The notes: generated from the letters alone by a model not told the origin. A DNA stretch of 64,000 bases from an uncultured Eubacteriales bacterium (GCA_934444695.1 CAKSDF010000001.1:1446-65445), one strand, 5' to 3'; shown: positions 27,930 through 39,397, numbered from the stretch's first letter. Numbers and translations: made by a program.

Positions 27930-29216
27930 ATGAACACATTTGAAGAGGTATGGGAGAATGTTTGTGCTCTTTGCCGGGAGGAAATTTCCAGCGTGGCTTA
28001 TAACTGCTGGATAAACACCTTATCGCCGGTTAAATTAAAGGGCAATGTGGCTGTTGTTTCTGCTCCCACAAATTATCAGAAAAATCTCACTATGAGCCAC
28101 TATAAGGATCTTCTCGAACGGGCATTTTCCGAGGTTTTCGGATTTAATGTCACGCTGGAGGTCATTTCGGATGAAAACAAGCCGGTAAGGCCCATCGAAA
28201 ATATTACCGAGAGCTTTACCTTTGACAATTTCATTGTCGGTCCGTCCAACGATTTTGCCCACGCTGCAGCGGTGGCGGTGGCAAAAAATCCCGGCAAGCA
28301 GTATAATCCCCTTTTCATTTACGGAAAGCCGGGCCTTGGTAAGACACACCTTTTAAACGCCATTAAAAACTATGTTTTGGACAAAAATCCCGGGTTTAAC
28401 ATTGTTTATACCCAAGGCGAGGCCTTTGCCAACGAGATAATCGACGCTATCCATTCGGGAAGCACACCTGATTTCAGGGAAAAGTTCCGCAACACCGATA
28501 TGCTTTTTGTGGACGATATTCAGTTCATTTCGGGCAAGGATTCCACACAGACCGAGTTTTTCAACACCTTTAATTCCCTTCACGAGGCCGGAAAGCAAAT
28601 CGTGCTGACCTCCGACCGTCCGCCAAAGGAGATTAACGCCCTGACCGAGAGACTTCGCCAGCGGTTTGAAATGGGTCTTTTGGCCGACATTAAGGAGCCG
28701 GATTACGAAACCCGCGTGGCCATCATCCGCCAGAAGGCCGAGGAGCTTAACTTTGAAATTTCCGACGCGGTGGCTCAGTGCATCGCCAATCAGATAAAGA
28801 CCAACGTCCGCCAGATTGAAGGGGTGCTCAACAAGCTCAAGGCATACACCGACCTTACCAGCGAAAAGCCCTCAATTTTCAGCGTTATAACGGTCATAAA
28901 CGAGATACGCAGGGACGAGATTGACAATACCATTACGGTTGAGAAGATAATCGACGCGGTGGCCAACGCCTATGACGTTACACCGGCCGACATCTGCTCT
29001 AAAAAGCAGCATATGGACATTTCCAATGCCCGCCATATCGTCATTTACATAGCAAGCCAGATGACCGGCCTGACCCTTAAGCAGATCGGCGACAAAATCA
29101 ACCGCAATCATTCCACCATTTCCGCCTCCCTTAACAAGATGGAAAAAGATCTAAAGAAAAATTCCCGTCTTAAGGCCAACATCGAGGACATTATGAAAAA
29201 CCTCAAGAACAAGTAA
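27930..29216 (+). CDS. dnaA: Chromosomal replication initiator DnaA
   Basis: ATG at 27930 follows AGAAGAGGAAGG. Walker A GKPGLGKTHL, and the domain IV signature (ISNARHIVIYIASQMTGLTLKQIGDKINRNHSTI). Confidence 0.95.
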   Translation: MNTFEEVWENVCALCREEISSVAYNCWINTLSPVKLKGNVAVVSAPTNYQKNLTMSHYKDLLERAFSEVFGFNVTLEVISDENKPVRPIENITESFTFDNFIVGPSNDFAHAAAVAVAKNPGKQYNPLFIYGKPGLGKTHLLNAIKNYVLDKNPGFNIVYTQGEAFANEIIDAIHSGSTPDFREKFRNTDMLFVDDIQFISGKDSTQTEFFNTFNSLHEAGKQIVLTSDRPPKEINALTERLRQRFEMGLLADIKEPDYETRVAIIRQKAEELNFEISDAVAQCIANQIKTNVRQIEGVLNKLKAYTDLTSEKPSIFSVITVINEIRRDEIDNTITVEKIIDAVANAYDVTPADICSKKQHMDISNARHIVIYIASQMTGLTLKQIGDKINRNHSTISASLNKMEKDLKKNSRLKANIEDIMKNLKNK

Positions 29217-29752
29217 ACAGGATATCTACATAGGACTTTATGGGGTTTTATGGCAAGCGGTTCTTTTCAGCTTTTAAAGGTCACGGCTGATTTTAGAAAA
29301 AGCGGCGGCAAAAAGATTTAAACATTAGTATTAATTTACAGCGAGTTAAATATACGCTGAATTTTCCTCTTTTTCAACATTTTATGAAATTAAAATTGCT
29401 TAAATCGGCTTGAAAGCAAAAAAAGAGACAGTTTAAAAGTTTCAACGGCTGTTTAAAATTTTTTCGCGATTTCGGTTGCGCAGGATTACATAATGACTGA
29501 AATTTTAAACACAAATTTCGAAAACTTTCAACTTTCAACTTTTAAATCTTTTTTCATTTGTTTTTGTTATGTTTTTCGAAAAAAATTTCGACGGCTTGTG
29601 TTGATGCGGAAACGGCTTGTACACTTGGTGAAGTATTGATTTCAACATTTCAATGTCCCCTATTACTCTTACTGAATTAAATATTTATATTTGTTTGTTT
29701 TAAGAGCAAACTTTCAGCGAAATTTTTATTATCAATAACGGAAGTGAAAATT
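29217..29752. other. oriC: AT-rich dnaA-dnaN intergenic region; candidate second oriC part
   Basis: 536 bp non-coding, with repeated TTTCAAC words (about 6 copies). The best DnaA-box-like 9-mer is TTAAACACA at 29505-29513 (8/9 to TTWTNCACA). Confidence 0.3.
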
Positions 29753-30853
29753 ATGAAGTTAACCTGCGAAAAAAATAAACTGACCGAAGCGGTCTCAAAG
29801 GTGCAGATAGCTACCAGCTCATCTTCTCTGCCGGCCCTTGAAGGAATATTTTTTGAATGCAAGGACGGATACCTTACCCTTACGGGATATAATCTTGAAA
29901 TGGGCATAACCACCGCCATCGACGCCAAGACCGAGCAAAACGGCCTTGTTATTATGTCGGCCAGATATTTTTCCGAGATAGTTCGGAAAATTCCCGGAAA
30001 TATTATTTCCATTGAAACCGATGAAAAATATATATGCACAATCAAAAGCGGTGAAACTAAGTTTTCCATCATCGGTATGCCTCCCGAGGAATATCCCGAT
30101 CTTCCCACCGTTAATGCCGGAGAGAGCTTTGAGATTGAGGGAAACACCCTTTGCAGTATGATCAGGCAGACAAGGTTTGCCGTTTCCAAAAAGGAAGATA
30201 AGCCCATTTACAACGGCATTTGCTTTTATCTTAAGGATGGGGTTATTACCCTTGCGGCTCTGGACGGATACCGCCTTGCAATACGCAAGGAAAAAACCGA
30301 TTTTGAGGGACAGCTTAAATTTGTTGTGCCCGAAAAGACCCTGACCGAGATAACCAAAATCATCGGAGAGGGCGAGAATAAGGTTAAGATATCGGTCGAG
30401 AGAAAACATATTATTTTTGAAATTGGCGGCGTTGTGGTGGTATCAAGGCTGCTTGAAGGGGAGTTTATGGACTGGGAAACGGCCGTTCCGCAAAAGATAA
30501 CCTCCACGGTTATGGCCGATACTCATATGATTCGCTCCTGCATCGATCGCGTTTCGCTGGTCGTTAACGACAGGGACAGGGTGTTTGTGCGCTGCTTCTT
30601 CGAGCAAAGCGAGTTTAAGGCAATGTGCGATTCGACGGTGGGTAATGCCGTTGATAAGGTGCCGGTAAACCTTGAGGGTGACCGGGTGGAAATAGGTTTT
30701 AACAGCCGCTATCTTATTGATGCACTGCGCGCCGTTGAGGACGATGTTATTAAAATTGAGCTTAACGGACCGTTTTCGCCCATTAAAATTGTGCCTAAAG
30801 AGGGCGACAGCTTTATGTTTATAGTGCTGCCGGTGAGAATTACAAAGGCTTAA
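29753..30853 (+). CDS. dnaN: DNA polymerase III beta sliding clamp
   Basis: ORF 29744..30853. ATG at 29753 (MKLTCEKNKL) lies 9 nt after GGAAG. About 366 aa with a three-domain clamp pattern. Confidence 0.9.
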   Translation: MKLTCEKNKLTEAVSKVQIATSSSSLPALEGIFFECKDGYLTLTGYNLEMGITTAIDAKTEQNGLVIMSARYFSEIVRKIPGNIISIETDEKYICTIKSGETKFSIIGMPPEEYPDLPTVNAGESFEIEGNTLCSMIRQTRFAVSKKEDKPIYNGICFYLKDGVITLAALDGYRLAIRKEKTDFEGQLKFVVPEKTLTEITKIIGEGENKVKISVERKHIIFEIGGVVVVSRLLEGEFMDWETAVPQKITSTVMADTHMIRSCIDRVSLVVNDRDRVFVRCFFEQSEFKAMCDSTVGNAVDKVPVNLEGDRVEIGFNSRYLIDALRAVEDDVIKIELNGPFSPIKIVPKEGDSFMFIVLPVRITKA

Positions 30854-30892
30854 AAACCCGTAAAATAAATTAACAAAATGTAATGTGAAAAA

Positions 30893-30908
30893 TGTTTCAC
30901 GTGAAACA
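30893..30908. promoter_or_regulatory. parS: parS, perfect TGTTTCACGTGAAACA
   Basis: Exact 16-mer. Intergenic between dnaN and yaaA. Confidence 0.85.
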
Positions 30909-31014
30909 TTTTATCAGTGCACATCGCCGCAAAGCCAGTAAAAATGCGGGTTTTGGACGACTGAAGAAATCGATAAAATGACAAAAATCAAATGAAAAAG
31001 GGGGCGGAAGAGCC

Positions 31015-31245
31015 GTGAAAATAAAGCTGACGCAGGTGAGAGAAAAAATAAAAATAACCACCGATTTTATAAAGCTCGACGCCTTTTTGAAATTTGCAAA
31101 CGCCGTGCCCTCGGGAGGAGCCGCAAAGGATCTTGTTTTGGACGGCAAGGTAAAGGTCAACGGAGAAGTGTGCCTGCAAAGAGGGAAAAAGCTTTTTAAG
31201 GGCGACAGGGTTGAAATAGGCCGAAAGATTTTTGAGGTGGCATAA
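31015..31245 (+). CDS. yaaA: S4-domain RNA-binding protein (YaaA-like)
   Basis: 76 aa, GTG start. Pattern [34 protein letters not shown]. Sits at the conserved position between dnaN and recF. Confidence 0.8.
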   Translation: MKIKLTQVREKIKITTDFIKLDAFLKFANAVPSGGAAKDLVLDGKVKVNGEVCLQRGKKLFKGDRVEIGRKIFEVA

Positions 31246-31250
31246 GAAAA

Positions 31251-32351
31251 ATGTATGTCAAAAGCCTTGAAATGGAAAATTTCCGCAACATCGAAAGTGC
31301 AAAAATCGATCCTGCAAACGGGGTCAATGTAATATTCGGCAACAACGCCCAGGGAAAAACCAATCTTATTGAAGGAATATATTTCTGCTCGGGAATGGGG
31401 TCTTTTCGCGGGGCAAAGGAAAGCGAGCTTTTGCAGTTTGAAAAGGAATATTTTTCGATTTGCTGCGGTTTTCATTCCTTTGAACGGGATCGGAAAATAT
31501 TCATCAGAAGCTCAATGCAAAAACGAAAAATAAGCCTTTCGGATGTGGAGATGAAATCCTATTCGGCCCTTTGCGAGCACTTTAAATGCGTTGTGTTTTT
31601 CCCCGACGATTTAAGTCTTATAAAGCGGTCGCCCGACAATCGGAGAAGGTTTTTGGACAATGCCCTTTGCACCCTCAAACCGGGCTATAAAAAGCTGATT
31701 TCAAACTATAAACGGGCGCTTTTGCAGAAAAATTCTCTGCTCAAAGGAATTTTTAAATTTGACAAACAGACCGCCGACAATATGCTGGACGGATTCGACA
31801 GGTTTCTTGCTCACTACGGGGCGGCAATTGCCAATCAGCGGAGCATCTATACAAAAAAGCTTTGCGTCTTTGCCGATGAGTTCTTTTCGGGACTGACCCT
31901 TGGCAAGGAACAGCTGACACTTAATTATACCGGCGAAAAGCTTTTTGAAGGGGACGCCGAGCAGCAGCTTTTTAATAGCTTGAGAGAAAAAAGAGATGAA
32001 GACATCAAAAATCTATCCACATCGGTTGGGCCTCACCGCCACGATCTGGAGGTTTTGATAAACGGCATATCGGCCAGGGAATTCGGATCCCAGGGACAGC
32101 AGCGGTCGGCCGCCATTGCGCTCAAGCTTTCGGAAGCAGAGGTGCTTAAGGAATATACCGGGGAAAAGCCGGTGGTTATTCTGGACGACGTTATGAGCGA
32201 GCTTGACAGCGAGCGGCAGGAATATATTTTAAACAAAATAAGCGGCGGGCAGGTTTTTATAACCTGCTGCGATCCCAAACAAATCGCCGGACTAAAGGGC
32301 GGAAAGGCTTTTTTCGCCGAAAACGGGCGGTTTTTTGAACGGGAAATATAG
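31251..32351 (+). CDS. recF: DNA replication/repair protein RecF
   Basis: Walker A GNNAQGKTNL, signature GSQGQQRS and Walker B VILDDV. Confidence 0.9.
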   Translation: MYVKSLEMENFRNIESAKIDPANGVNVIFGNNAQGKTNLIEGIYFCSGMGSFRGAKESELLQFEKEYFSICCGFHSFERDRKIFIRSSMQKRKISLSDVEMKSYSALCEHFKCVVFFPDDLSLIKRSPDNRRRFLDNALCTLKPGYKKLISNYKRALLQKNSLLKGIFKFDKQTADNMLDGFDRFLAHYGAAIANQRSIYTKKLCVFADEFFSGLTLGKEQLTLNYTGEKLFEGDAEQQLFNSLREKRDEDIKNLSTSVGPHRHDLEVLINGISAREFGSQGQQRSAAIALKLSEAEVLKEYTGEKPVVILDDVMSELDSERQEYILNKISGGQVFITCCDPKQIAGLKGGKAFFAENGRFFEREI

Positions 32352-32402
32352 CGGAAACGCGGCAAAAAGGCAAAACTCAAAAATGAACGCCAAGGTGAAA
32401 AT

Positions 32403-32756
32403 GTGACAAAGCTTAATAGATATATCGTAATCGGAGAGCGTGCCATGCTCTGCCGGGACATTGTTGGAATATTCGATCTGGACAAAACCACCGTAAAAAA
32501 GGACACCCGGGAGTTTTTAAATAAAAACGAAGCTAAGGGATTGGTTGAAACGGTGGGATACGACATTCCCCTTTCCTTTATCGTAACCGGAAAAAAAGAG
32601 TTTCCGCAAAGGTTAAAAGAGCAAAAAAAGAATGGCATTATTCTTTCCCCCATTTCTCCCGCAACCCTCGGGCAGCGTGCCCGGGGTAAAAAGGAAGCGG
32701 CAAGGGACGAGACGGCCGACATTATCGGCAGGAGACAGATGGGAAAAACGGTTTAA
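32403..32756 (+). CDS. remB: DUF370-family protein (RemB/YaaB-like)
   Basis: 117 aa. IVGIFDLD...LSPISPATL pattern, at the conserved position between recF and gyrB. The start codon is uncertain (GTG 32403). Confidence 0.6.
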   Translation: MTKLNRYIVIGERAMLCRDIVGIFDLDKTTVKKDTREFLNKNEAKGLVETVGYDIPLSFIVTGKKEFPQRLKEQKKNGIILSPISPATLGQRARGKKEAARDETADIIGRRQMGKTV

Positions 32757-32860
32757 AACAAGCATAAGGTCAAGCATAATGCACACATACGAAAAAGTGT
32801 CGCACAAAAAAATGACGAGCGAAACCTATCGATACTCGAATACTGAATGCTTATAAAAAA

Positions 32861-32876
32861 TGTTTCACGTGAAACA
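32861..32876. promoter_or_regulatory. parS: parS, perfect TGTTTCACGTGAAACA
   Basis: Exact 16-mer. Intergenic between remB and gyrB. Confidence 0.85.
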
Positions 32877-33273
32877 TTATTGTTAAAAAAATGACAAAGT
32901 CGCTGTTTAAGGAATGTAAAGCCCTTTGAAATGCGAAAAAACTGAATGAGAAAAATCTAAAAAGACGGCTATAGGATTAAAAATCCTTTCTACATAAAAA
33001 TTTTAAAATAAATTTATTTAAAGTTGCACGGTTTTGTGCAACAAAGGGCGTTTTTCGGACCGTTAATCAGAAGGGGAAAACTCGCCAAATGCCGGAAATG
33101 CGATGAAGCGATGGCTGTTTGTCATGTCGCGGGCTGCGGTAATGTGCGTGTTACGCTTATGCAGTTTTGGTGCGATTTGCGGCGGTAAACGCTGTGACAG
33201 GCCGCAGGTATTTAATCAGGTTTAAAAAATATTAAAAGTATAAAGTGAAAAGCAACCGTCAGGAGGTTATAAA

Positions 33274-35223
33274 ATGGAAAACGAACAGATGCCCAACCTT
33301 AAGGTAAATGAGGAGTACGACGCCGAACAAATTCAGGTGCTCGAAGGGCTGGAGGCTGTGCGCAAACGCCCCGGTATGTACATCGGATCGACCGGTGAGC
33401 GGGGTCTGCACCACCTTGTTTACGAAATTGTCGACAACTCTATCGACGAGGCTCTTGCAGGCTATTGCACCCACATCGAGGTGGACATTTTAGAGGGAGA
33501 CATTATCCGCGTTACCGACAACGGCCGCGGTATCCCCACCGGCATCAACAAAAAATACAATATGCCGGCCGTCACAATGGTATTTACCATGCTCCATGCC
33601 GGCGGTAAATTCGGCGGCAGCGGATACAAGGTGTCGGGCGGACTGCACGGCGTCGGATCGTCGGTTGTTAACGCCCTTTCTACCTGGCTTGAAGTGGAAG
33701 TTAAAAACGGAAAAGAGATACTTAAACAAAGATATGAACGGGGCGCCATCGTTTCCGACCTTGAAAAGATCGGAGATACGGCCGAGACCGGCACAAAGGT
33801 CACCTTTAAGCCCGATCCCGACGTTTTCACCGACACCACCGAATACGATTATAACACCCTGCTCACCCGCCTGAGAGAACAGGCTTTCCTCAATGCAGGC
33901 GTTAAGATAACCCTTACCGATTACCGTCCCGACGAGGAAGGAAACGAGCAGTTCAGGCAGGACGTTCTTCACTATGAAGGCGGAATCAAGAGCTATGTCG
34001 ACTTTATTCTTGAAAAATCCAAGAAGGAGGCCATGCTTCCCGAGGTCGTTTATATAAACGGCGTTAAGGGAGATTCATCGGCCGAAATCGCCTTCCAATA
34101 CAGCAGCGGATACGATACAAAGATAATCAGCTTTGCGAATAACATCCATACGGTTGACGGCGGTACCCACGAAAGCGCCTTTAAAATGGCCCTCACTCGC
34201 GTTGTCAACGCATATGCCAGAAAGTTTGGTATGCTTAAGGAAAAGGATCCAAACCTTAAGGGCGAGGACATTCAGGAAGGTATTGCGGCGGTTATATCGG
34301 TCAAGCTGACCGACGCTCAGTTTGAGGGACAGACCAAGGCTAAGCTTGGCAACACCTCTATGGGATCTATGGTTACGGCCATGATGGGCGAAAAGCTGGC
34401 CGAATATCTTGAGGAAAATCCCAATCCCGCCAAAATCATCGTTACAAAGGCCATTGCCGCTTCGGCCGCACGAGAGGCCGCACAAAAGGCAAGAGATCTG
34501 ACCAGAAAACAGGGCGGAAGCAAGTTTAAAAAGCCCGAAAAGCTGGCCGACTGCATTTCCAGAGATCCTTCCGAGACCGAGATATTCATCGTCGAGGGAG
34601 ACAGCGCCGGCGGATCGGCGGTTAAGGGAAGAGATTCCCGCACTCAGGCCATACTGCCCCTTTGGGGAAAGATGCTCAACGTTGAAAAGGCAAGAGCAGA
34701 CAAGGTTTACGGCAACGACAAGCTTACCCCCGTGGTGCTTGCTCTGGGCACCGGAATCGGCGAGGAATTTGACATTACAAAGCTCCGTTACGGCAAGATT
34801 TTCATTATGGCCGATGCCGATGTTGACGGTTCTCATATCCGCACCCTGCTGCTGACCTTCTTCTTCAAATATATGCCCCAGCTTATCGAAAACGGCAACA
34901 TCTACATTGCTCAGCCGCCCCTCTTCAAGGTTTCCAAGGGAAAGAAATTTTTCTATGCCTTTTCGGACGAGGAGCGGGATATGTACATCGAGACGCTGGG
35001 CGGAAATGCCGACGTTCAGCGGTATAAAGGTCTTGGTGAGATGGACGGAAAACAGCTTAACGAAACCACCATGGATCCGAGATTCCGCACCACCCTTAAG
35101 GTCACAATGGCCGACGCACAAAAGGCGGCCGAGACCATTACCCTGCTTATGGGAGACGAGGTTGAGCCCCGCCGCCAGTTTATCGAAGAAAATGCCACAT
35201 ATGTTCAGAACCTTGACGTGTGA
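33274..35223 (+). CDS. gyrB: DNA gyrase subunit B
   Basis: 649 aa. GHKL ATPase motifs (LHHLVYEIVDNSIDE, GGLHGVG), Toprim EGDSAGG and PLxGKxLNVEKA. Confidence 0.95.
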   Translation: MENEQMPNLKVNEEYDAEQIQVLEGLEAVRKRPGMYIGSTGERGLHHLVYEIVDNSIDEALAGYCTHIEVDILEGDIIRVTDNGRGIPTGINKKYNMPAVTMVFTMLHAGGKFGGSGYKVSGGLHGVGSSVVNALSTWLEVEVKNGKEILKQRYERGAIVSDLEKIGDTAETGTKVTFKPDPDVFTDTTEYDYNTLLTRLREQAFLNAGVKITLTDYRPDEEGNEQFRQDVLHYEGGIKSYVDFILEKSKKEAMLPEVVYINGVKGDSSAEIAFQYSSGYDTKIISFANNIHTVDGGTHESAFKMALTRVVNAYARKFGMLKEKDPNLKGEDIQEGIAAVISVKLTDAQFEGQTKAKLGNTSMGSMVTAMMGEKLAEYLEENPNPAKIIVTKAIAASAAREAAQKARDLTRKQGGSKFKKPEKLADCISRDPSETEIFIVEGDSAGGSAVKGRDSRTQAILPLWGKMLNVEKARADKVYGNDKLTPVVLALGTGIGEEFDITKLRYGKIFIMADADVDGSHIRTLLLTFFFKYMPQLIENGNIYIAQPPLFKVSKGKKFFYAFSDEERDMYIETLGGNADVQRYKGLGEMDGKQLNETTMDPRFRTTLKVTMADAQKAAETITLLMGDEVEPRRQFIEENATYVQNLDV

Positions 35224-35293
35224 TAATATTTTTTGCAAAGCACTTTATTTGCAAAAGGTTTGACGACAGGTTTTAAAGAGAGGATGATTTGAT

Positions 35294-36037
35294 TTGGCCA
35301 TTAAAACGGTTAAGTGTCCGAAATGCGACAGCGAAACGGCCGTTATTAAAAACGACGAGGGAAAGGTACTTTGCCCGTTTTGCGGCGAGGAAATAACCGA
35401 CGTTCCCGAGGTTGGCGAGGGTGAGCAGTTTGAATATTCCGATACCCCTAATGATGAGCAGGAAAACAAAAAAATCGTGCCTTCCGGTGAAGAAATAGAC
35501 GTAAGCTTTGTGCTTTCGGAAATCGAGGTGGGCAATGCCCTTGAAACCTCGGGAAAGCTTAAAAAGCGCAAGATCATTCCCTATATTGAGGCTGCGCTTT
35601 TCGGATTGCTGGGACTTTTTACCCTGCTTTCGATAATATTCAGCTATGCCGGTCTTTTCGGAATGGGCGAAAACAAGCCTCAGGTGTCCCACTATCTTGT
35701 GACGGTGGTGTGCTTTTGTATGGTGCCGGCGGTATTTAAATTACCCGAGCAGCAAAAGAAAAAATACGTCCGCGCCGCCACATCCGGCAACGATGTCAAC
35801 CTTAAAATATTCGATAATGTGCTTGAGGTTTGCGTGCTCGGCAATGAGGACGAGGGCTGGCAGCTTGAGCTTAACGGCGATTACGGCATAAACTACGAAA
35901 AGGAACAGATCGTTTTAAGCCTTAAAACCGGTCAGATACTTGTCATTCCCGACCGTGCGGTGCGTGAGGATCAGCTTGAAAAGCTGCACGGCCGTTTCGG
36001 CGTTGCAAAGCAGCAGCAAGAGCTGCAAAAGGCGTAA
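35294..36037 (+). CDS. Zinc-ribbon + two-TM + YcxB-like C-terminal domain protein of unknown function
   Basis: 247 aa, TTG start. CPKC...CPFC ribbon, acidic linker, two hydrophobic helices and a C-terminal bPH-like region. Sits between gyrB and gyrA. Confidence 0.5.
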   Translation: MAIKTVKCPKCDSETAVIKNDEGKVLCPFCGEEITDVPEVGEGEQFEYSDTPNDEQENKKIVPSGEEIDVSFVLSEIEVGNALETSGKLKKRKIIPYIEAALFGLLGLFTLLSIIFSYAGLFGMGENKPQVSHYLVTVVCFCMVPAVFKLPEQQKKKYVRAATSGNDVNLKIFDNVLEVCVLGNEDEGWQLELNGDYGINYEKEQIVLSLKTGQILVIPDRAVREDQLEKLHGRFGVAKQQQELQKA

Positions 36038-36151
36038 GCGGCTGCTTTCGTATAATTTTAATTAAGCATTGATCGCTTTAAAAAAGATCCGTTTAAAGAT
36101 ATCCCTTTAAAAAACAAACAAATGAAATTACATCCGAAAGGATAGGATAAT

Positions 36152-38722
36152 ATGAGTGAAAACGAATTTCAGCCCCATGCCAAGCAATTGGATGTGGAAC
36201 TGGTTGATGAAATGCGCAAGGCCTACCTTGACTATTCAATGTCGGTCATCGTGGGACGCGCCCTTCCCGACGTGCGGGACGGCCTCAAGCCGGTTCACCG
36301 CCGTATTCTTTACACAATGTATGAAAACGGGCTGACCCCCGATAAGGCATACCGTAAATGCGCCGATACCGTCGGTGCGGTGCTCGGTCGTTACCATCCC
36401 CACGGCGACGCCAGCGTTTACGATGCACTGGTTAGAATGGCCCAGGATTTCTCCCTTAGATATATGATGATCGACGGCCACGGAAACTTCGGTTCGGTGG
36501 ACGGTTATCCCGCCGCCGCATACCGATACACCGAGGCAAAGCTGGCCAAGATATCCATGGAAATGCTCCGGGATATCGACAAGGAAACGGTTGATTTCCA
36601 GTCAAACTACGACGACCGTTTAAAGGAGCCCACCGTTCTTCCTTCGAGAATTCCCAGCCTTCTGGTCAACGGATCGTCGGGTATCGCAGTCGGTATGGCT
36701 ACCGAGATTCCTCCACACAATTTAGGCGAAGTGGTCGACGGAATGTGCTATCTTATCGACAATCCCGAGGCCGAGGTCTCGGATCTTATGGAGCACATCA
36801 AGGGACCCGACTTCCCCACCGGCGGAATTATTATGGGATATTCGGGAATACGCGCGGCATACGCCACCGGCCGCGGAAAGATCGTCCTTCGCGGAAAGGC
36901 CGAAATTGAGGAAACAAGAACGGGATATTACCGCATTGTTATAACCGAGATTCCCTATAAGGTCAACAAGCAGGAACTTGTTAAGTCCTTTATCAACCTT
37001 ATGAAGGACAAAAAGGTCGAAGGAATCGACGACGTGGTCGACTATTCCGGTCAGGACGGAATGAAGATAGTGGTCGACCTTAAAAGGGACGCCAATCCCC
37101 AGGTGGTGCTTAATCAGCTTTATTCCTATACACAGCTTCAGGTCACCTTCGGCGCAATACTTTTAGCCCTGGACAAGGGCCGCCCGAGGATTATGACCCT
37201 TAAGGAAATGCTTCAGTGCTACATCGATTTCCAGTGCGAAGTGGTTACCCGCCGCACCATTTACGATCTGAAAAAGGCAAAAGACCGCGCCCACATTTTA
37301 GAGGCCCTTATAAAGGCCATCGATTTTATCGACGAGGTCATACGCATAATCCGCGGATCCAAGACCATTCCCGATTCTAAAATTGCTCTTGCCGAGCGCT
37401 TCGGTTTTGACGATGTTCAGACCACCGCTATTGTGCAGATGCCTTTAGGCCGTCTTGCAGGTCTTGAAAAAATGAAGCTTGAGGATGAGCTGGCCGGCCT
37501 TCACGCCAAAATTGCCGAGCTTGAAGCAATTCTCGGCGACGAGCACAAGATCAAAGAAATCGTTAAGGACGAGGCATATGCCATCCGCGATCGTTATGTT
37601 GACGACCGCCGCACCGAGATCACTATGGTTTCGGGCGAGGTGGACATTGAGGATCTTATTCCCGATGAGGAAAGCATACTGACCCTCACCCACAACGGCT
37701 ATATAAAGAGGCTTCCGGCCGACACCTATCGCCTGCAAAACCGCGGCGGCAGAGGTGTTACCGGTCTTGCCAAGAAGGACGACGATTTTGCCGAGTATAT
37801 GTTTACCTGCACATCCCACGAATATGTGCTCTTCTTCTCTAACCTCGGCAGGGTCTATCGGCTTAAGGCATATCAGGTGCCCGAGGGCAGCCGTACCTCC
37901 AAGGGACTTAACATTGTCAACCTCCTGCCCCTTGTGGAAAACGAAAAGATTACCGCCATGCTGCACATCCGCTCCATGGAGGAGCCCCTTAACCTTTGTA
38001 TGCTCACAAAGAAGGGTATAATCAAGCGCACCCCCATTTCTGCATACAATACGGCCAGAAAGGGCGGAATCATCGCCATCGACCTTGATGAGGACGACGA
38101 GCTTTGCTTTACGGCGCTGACCACCGGCGAGGACGAGATCGTTGTCGCCACAAAGAAGGGTATGGCCATCCGCTTTAAGGAAACCGATGCAAGACTTCTC
38201 GGCCGCACGGCCAGAGGCGTCAGAGCCATTAACCTTTCGGACGAAAAGGACGACAGCGTTATCGGATGCGCCGTTGTGGAGGACGGAAAGAGCATTCTGA
38301 CCGTTACCGAGACCGGCTTCGGACGGGTGAGCGATTTCGATAACTACCGTCTCCAGTCGAGAGGCGGAAAGGGCCTTATCAACTACCATACCGAGAAATT
38401 CGGCGATGTGGCCGCCGTGGCTGCCGTTTCGGGCGAAGAGGATGCCATTCTTATCTCTTCCGACGGTATTGTCATACGCATTCCCACCATCAGCATCAGC
38501 AAGTTTGCCCGTCCCTCCAAGGGAGTTAGGGTTATGAGAACGGCCGAGCAGGATAAGGTTATTACCCTTGCTTTGACCCCCCACGAGGAAGAAGAGCAAA
38601 CCGATGAGACCGCCGATGTTGACGAAATCGCAGAAAACGGTGAAAACGGCGCAGAGGGTACAGCCAATGTGACCGATGCAGTCGATACACAGGAAGATAG
38701 TGGCGAGGATTCCGATAACTGA
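36152..38722 (+). CDS. gyrA: DNA gyrase subunit A
   Basis: 856 aa. [16 protein letters not shown], the active-site region AAYRYTEA and C-terminal beta-pinwheel repeats, ending in an acidic tail. Confidence 0.95.
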   Translation: MSENEFQPHAKQLDVELVDEMRKAYLDYSMSVIVGRALPDVRDGLKPVHRRILYTMYENGLTPDKAYRKCADTVGAVLGRYHPHGDASVYDALVRMAQDFSLRYMMIDGHGNFGSVDGYPAAAYRYTEAKLAKISMEMLRDIDKETVDFQSNYDDRLKEPTVLPSRIPSLLVNGSSGIAVGMATEIPPHNLGEVVDGMCYLIDNPEAEVSDLMEHIKGPDFPTGGIIMGYSGIRAAYATGRGKIVLRGKAEIEETRTGYYRIVITEIPYKVNKQELVKSFINLMKDKKVEGIDDVVDYSGQDGMKIVVDLKRDANPQVVLNQLYSYTQLQVTFGAILLALDKGRPRIMTLKEMLQCYIDFQCEVVTRRTIYDLKKAKDRAHILEALIKAIDFIDEVIRIIRGSKTIPDSKIALAERFGFDDVQTTAIVQMPLGRLAGLEKMKLEDELAGLHAKIAELEAILGDEHKIKEIVKDEAYAIRDRYVDDRRTEITMVSGEVDIEDLIPDEESILTLTHNGYIKRLPADTYRLQNRGGRGVTGLAKKDDDFAEYMFTCTSHEYVLFFSNLGRVYRLKAYQVPEGSRTSKGLNIVNLLPLVENEKITAMLHIRSMEEPLNLCMLTKKGIIKRTPISAYNTARKGGIIAIDLDEDDELCFTALTTGEDEIVVATKKGMAIRFKETDARLLGRTARGVRAINLSDEKDDSVIGCAVVEDGKSILTVTETGFGRVSDFDNYRLQSRGGKGLINYHTEKFGDVAAVAAVSGEEDAILISSDGIVIRIPTISISKFARPSKGVRVMRTAEQDKVITLALTPHEEEEQTDETADVDEIAENGENGAEGTANVTDAVDTQEDSGEDSDN

Positions 38723-38780
38723 AATGTTGTCGCTGCTGAATAAACCGCCAATTGTATAATTTTCTTATATATAAAAGAGA

Positions 38781-38818
38781 AATCTCCCGGGCAAAAACGC
38801 TCGGGAGATTTATTTATT
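38781..38818. terminator. Bidirectional rho-independent terminator between gyrA and the convergent gene
   Basis: AATCTCCCG ggcaaaaacgct CGGGAGATT. Followed by TATTTATT on plus, and by a T-rich run on minus. Confidence 0.6.
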
Positions 38819-38860
38819 ATGCAGAAAACAAATTGTATGTAGGTTGGTATGGCCGATCGG

Positions 38861-39397
38861 TCAATACTCCTTTTTTGCTTTGACGATACCTTTTAGGTAG
38901 GCAAAGGTTTTTTGCTCGCCCTTTTGCGCAAGCATTTTTAAAAGAAACTCGAGAAAGGCCGCCGTTTCGGGATGCATAGTGCGGGAATCGATGCCCTTCA
39001 TATAGTATTCGAGGGGATAGTTGTCGGTATAATCCTCTCCGCGGTATATCTTGCTGGCCGCTACCCTGTCGCAGAACATCTCGGCCGCATACCGAAGGGG
39101 CATTTTTACCGGACAGACCTGCTGCTTTTTAATGTCGAAATCGGTCCAGTATTCAAAATGATGCTTGTTTCTGCCCTTGTGGTGCATCCAGGCCGAGGAA
39201 TAGCCGAAAAGCTCGCGCTCGGTGACGTTGGGACTGCGTTTGCCGTTATAGTACTTTGCGCCGGGAATAAATTCGGCGGGAGAATATTTAGAAAGGTCGT
39301 GCAAAAGGCCGCGAAAGCCAAGCCCCGCTTTAAAGCAGTGGGATATGACCTTGTGGCGGTGTTTTGTTATTGTGCGAAAGTGCTTTAAGGGGTGCAA
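38861..39397 (-). CDS. Conserved hypothetical protein (resembles the DUF5662 family, from memory)
   Basis: 178 aa. HRHKVISHCFKAG...LLHDLSKYSPAEF...WMHHKGRNKHHFEYW is a His-rich conserved pattern. Confidence 0.45.
   Translation of the reverse strand: MHPLKHFRTITKHRHKVISHCFKAGLGFRGLLHDLSKYSPAEFIPGAKYYNGKRSPNVTERELFGYSSAWMHHKGRNKHHFEYWTDFDIKKQQVCPVKMPLRYAAEMFCDRVAASKIYRGEDYTDNYPLEYYMKGIDSRTMHPETAAFLEFLLKMLAQKGEQKTFAYLKGIVKAKKEY

Noticed and set aside
27434-29752. Calling specific DnaA boxes, DnaA-trios or a DUE.
   Set aside because: There is no perfect TTATCCACA, only 8/9 relaxed matches that would occur by chance in AT-rich DNA. The repeated TTTCAAC words in 29217-29752 are noted, but I have no basis for assigning them a function.
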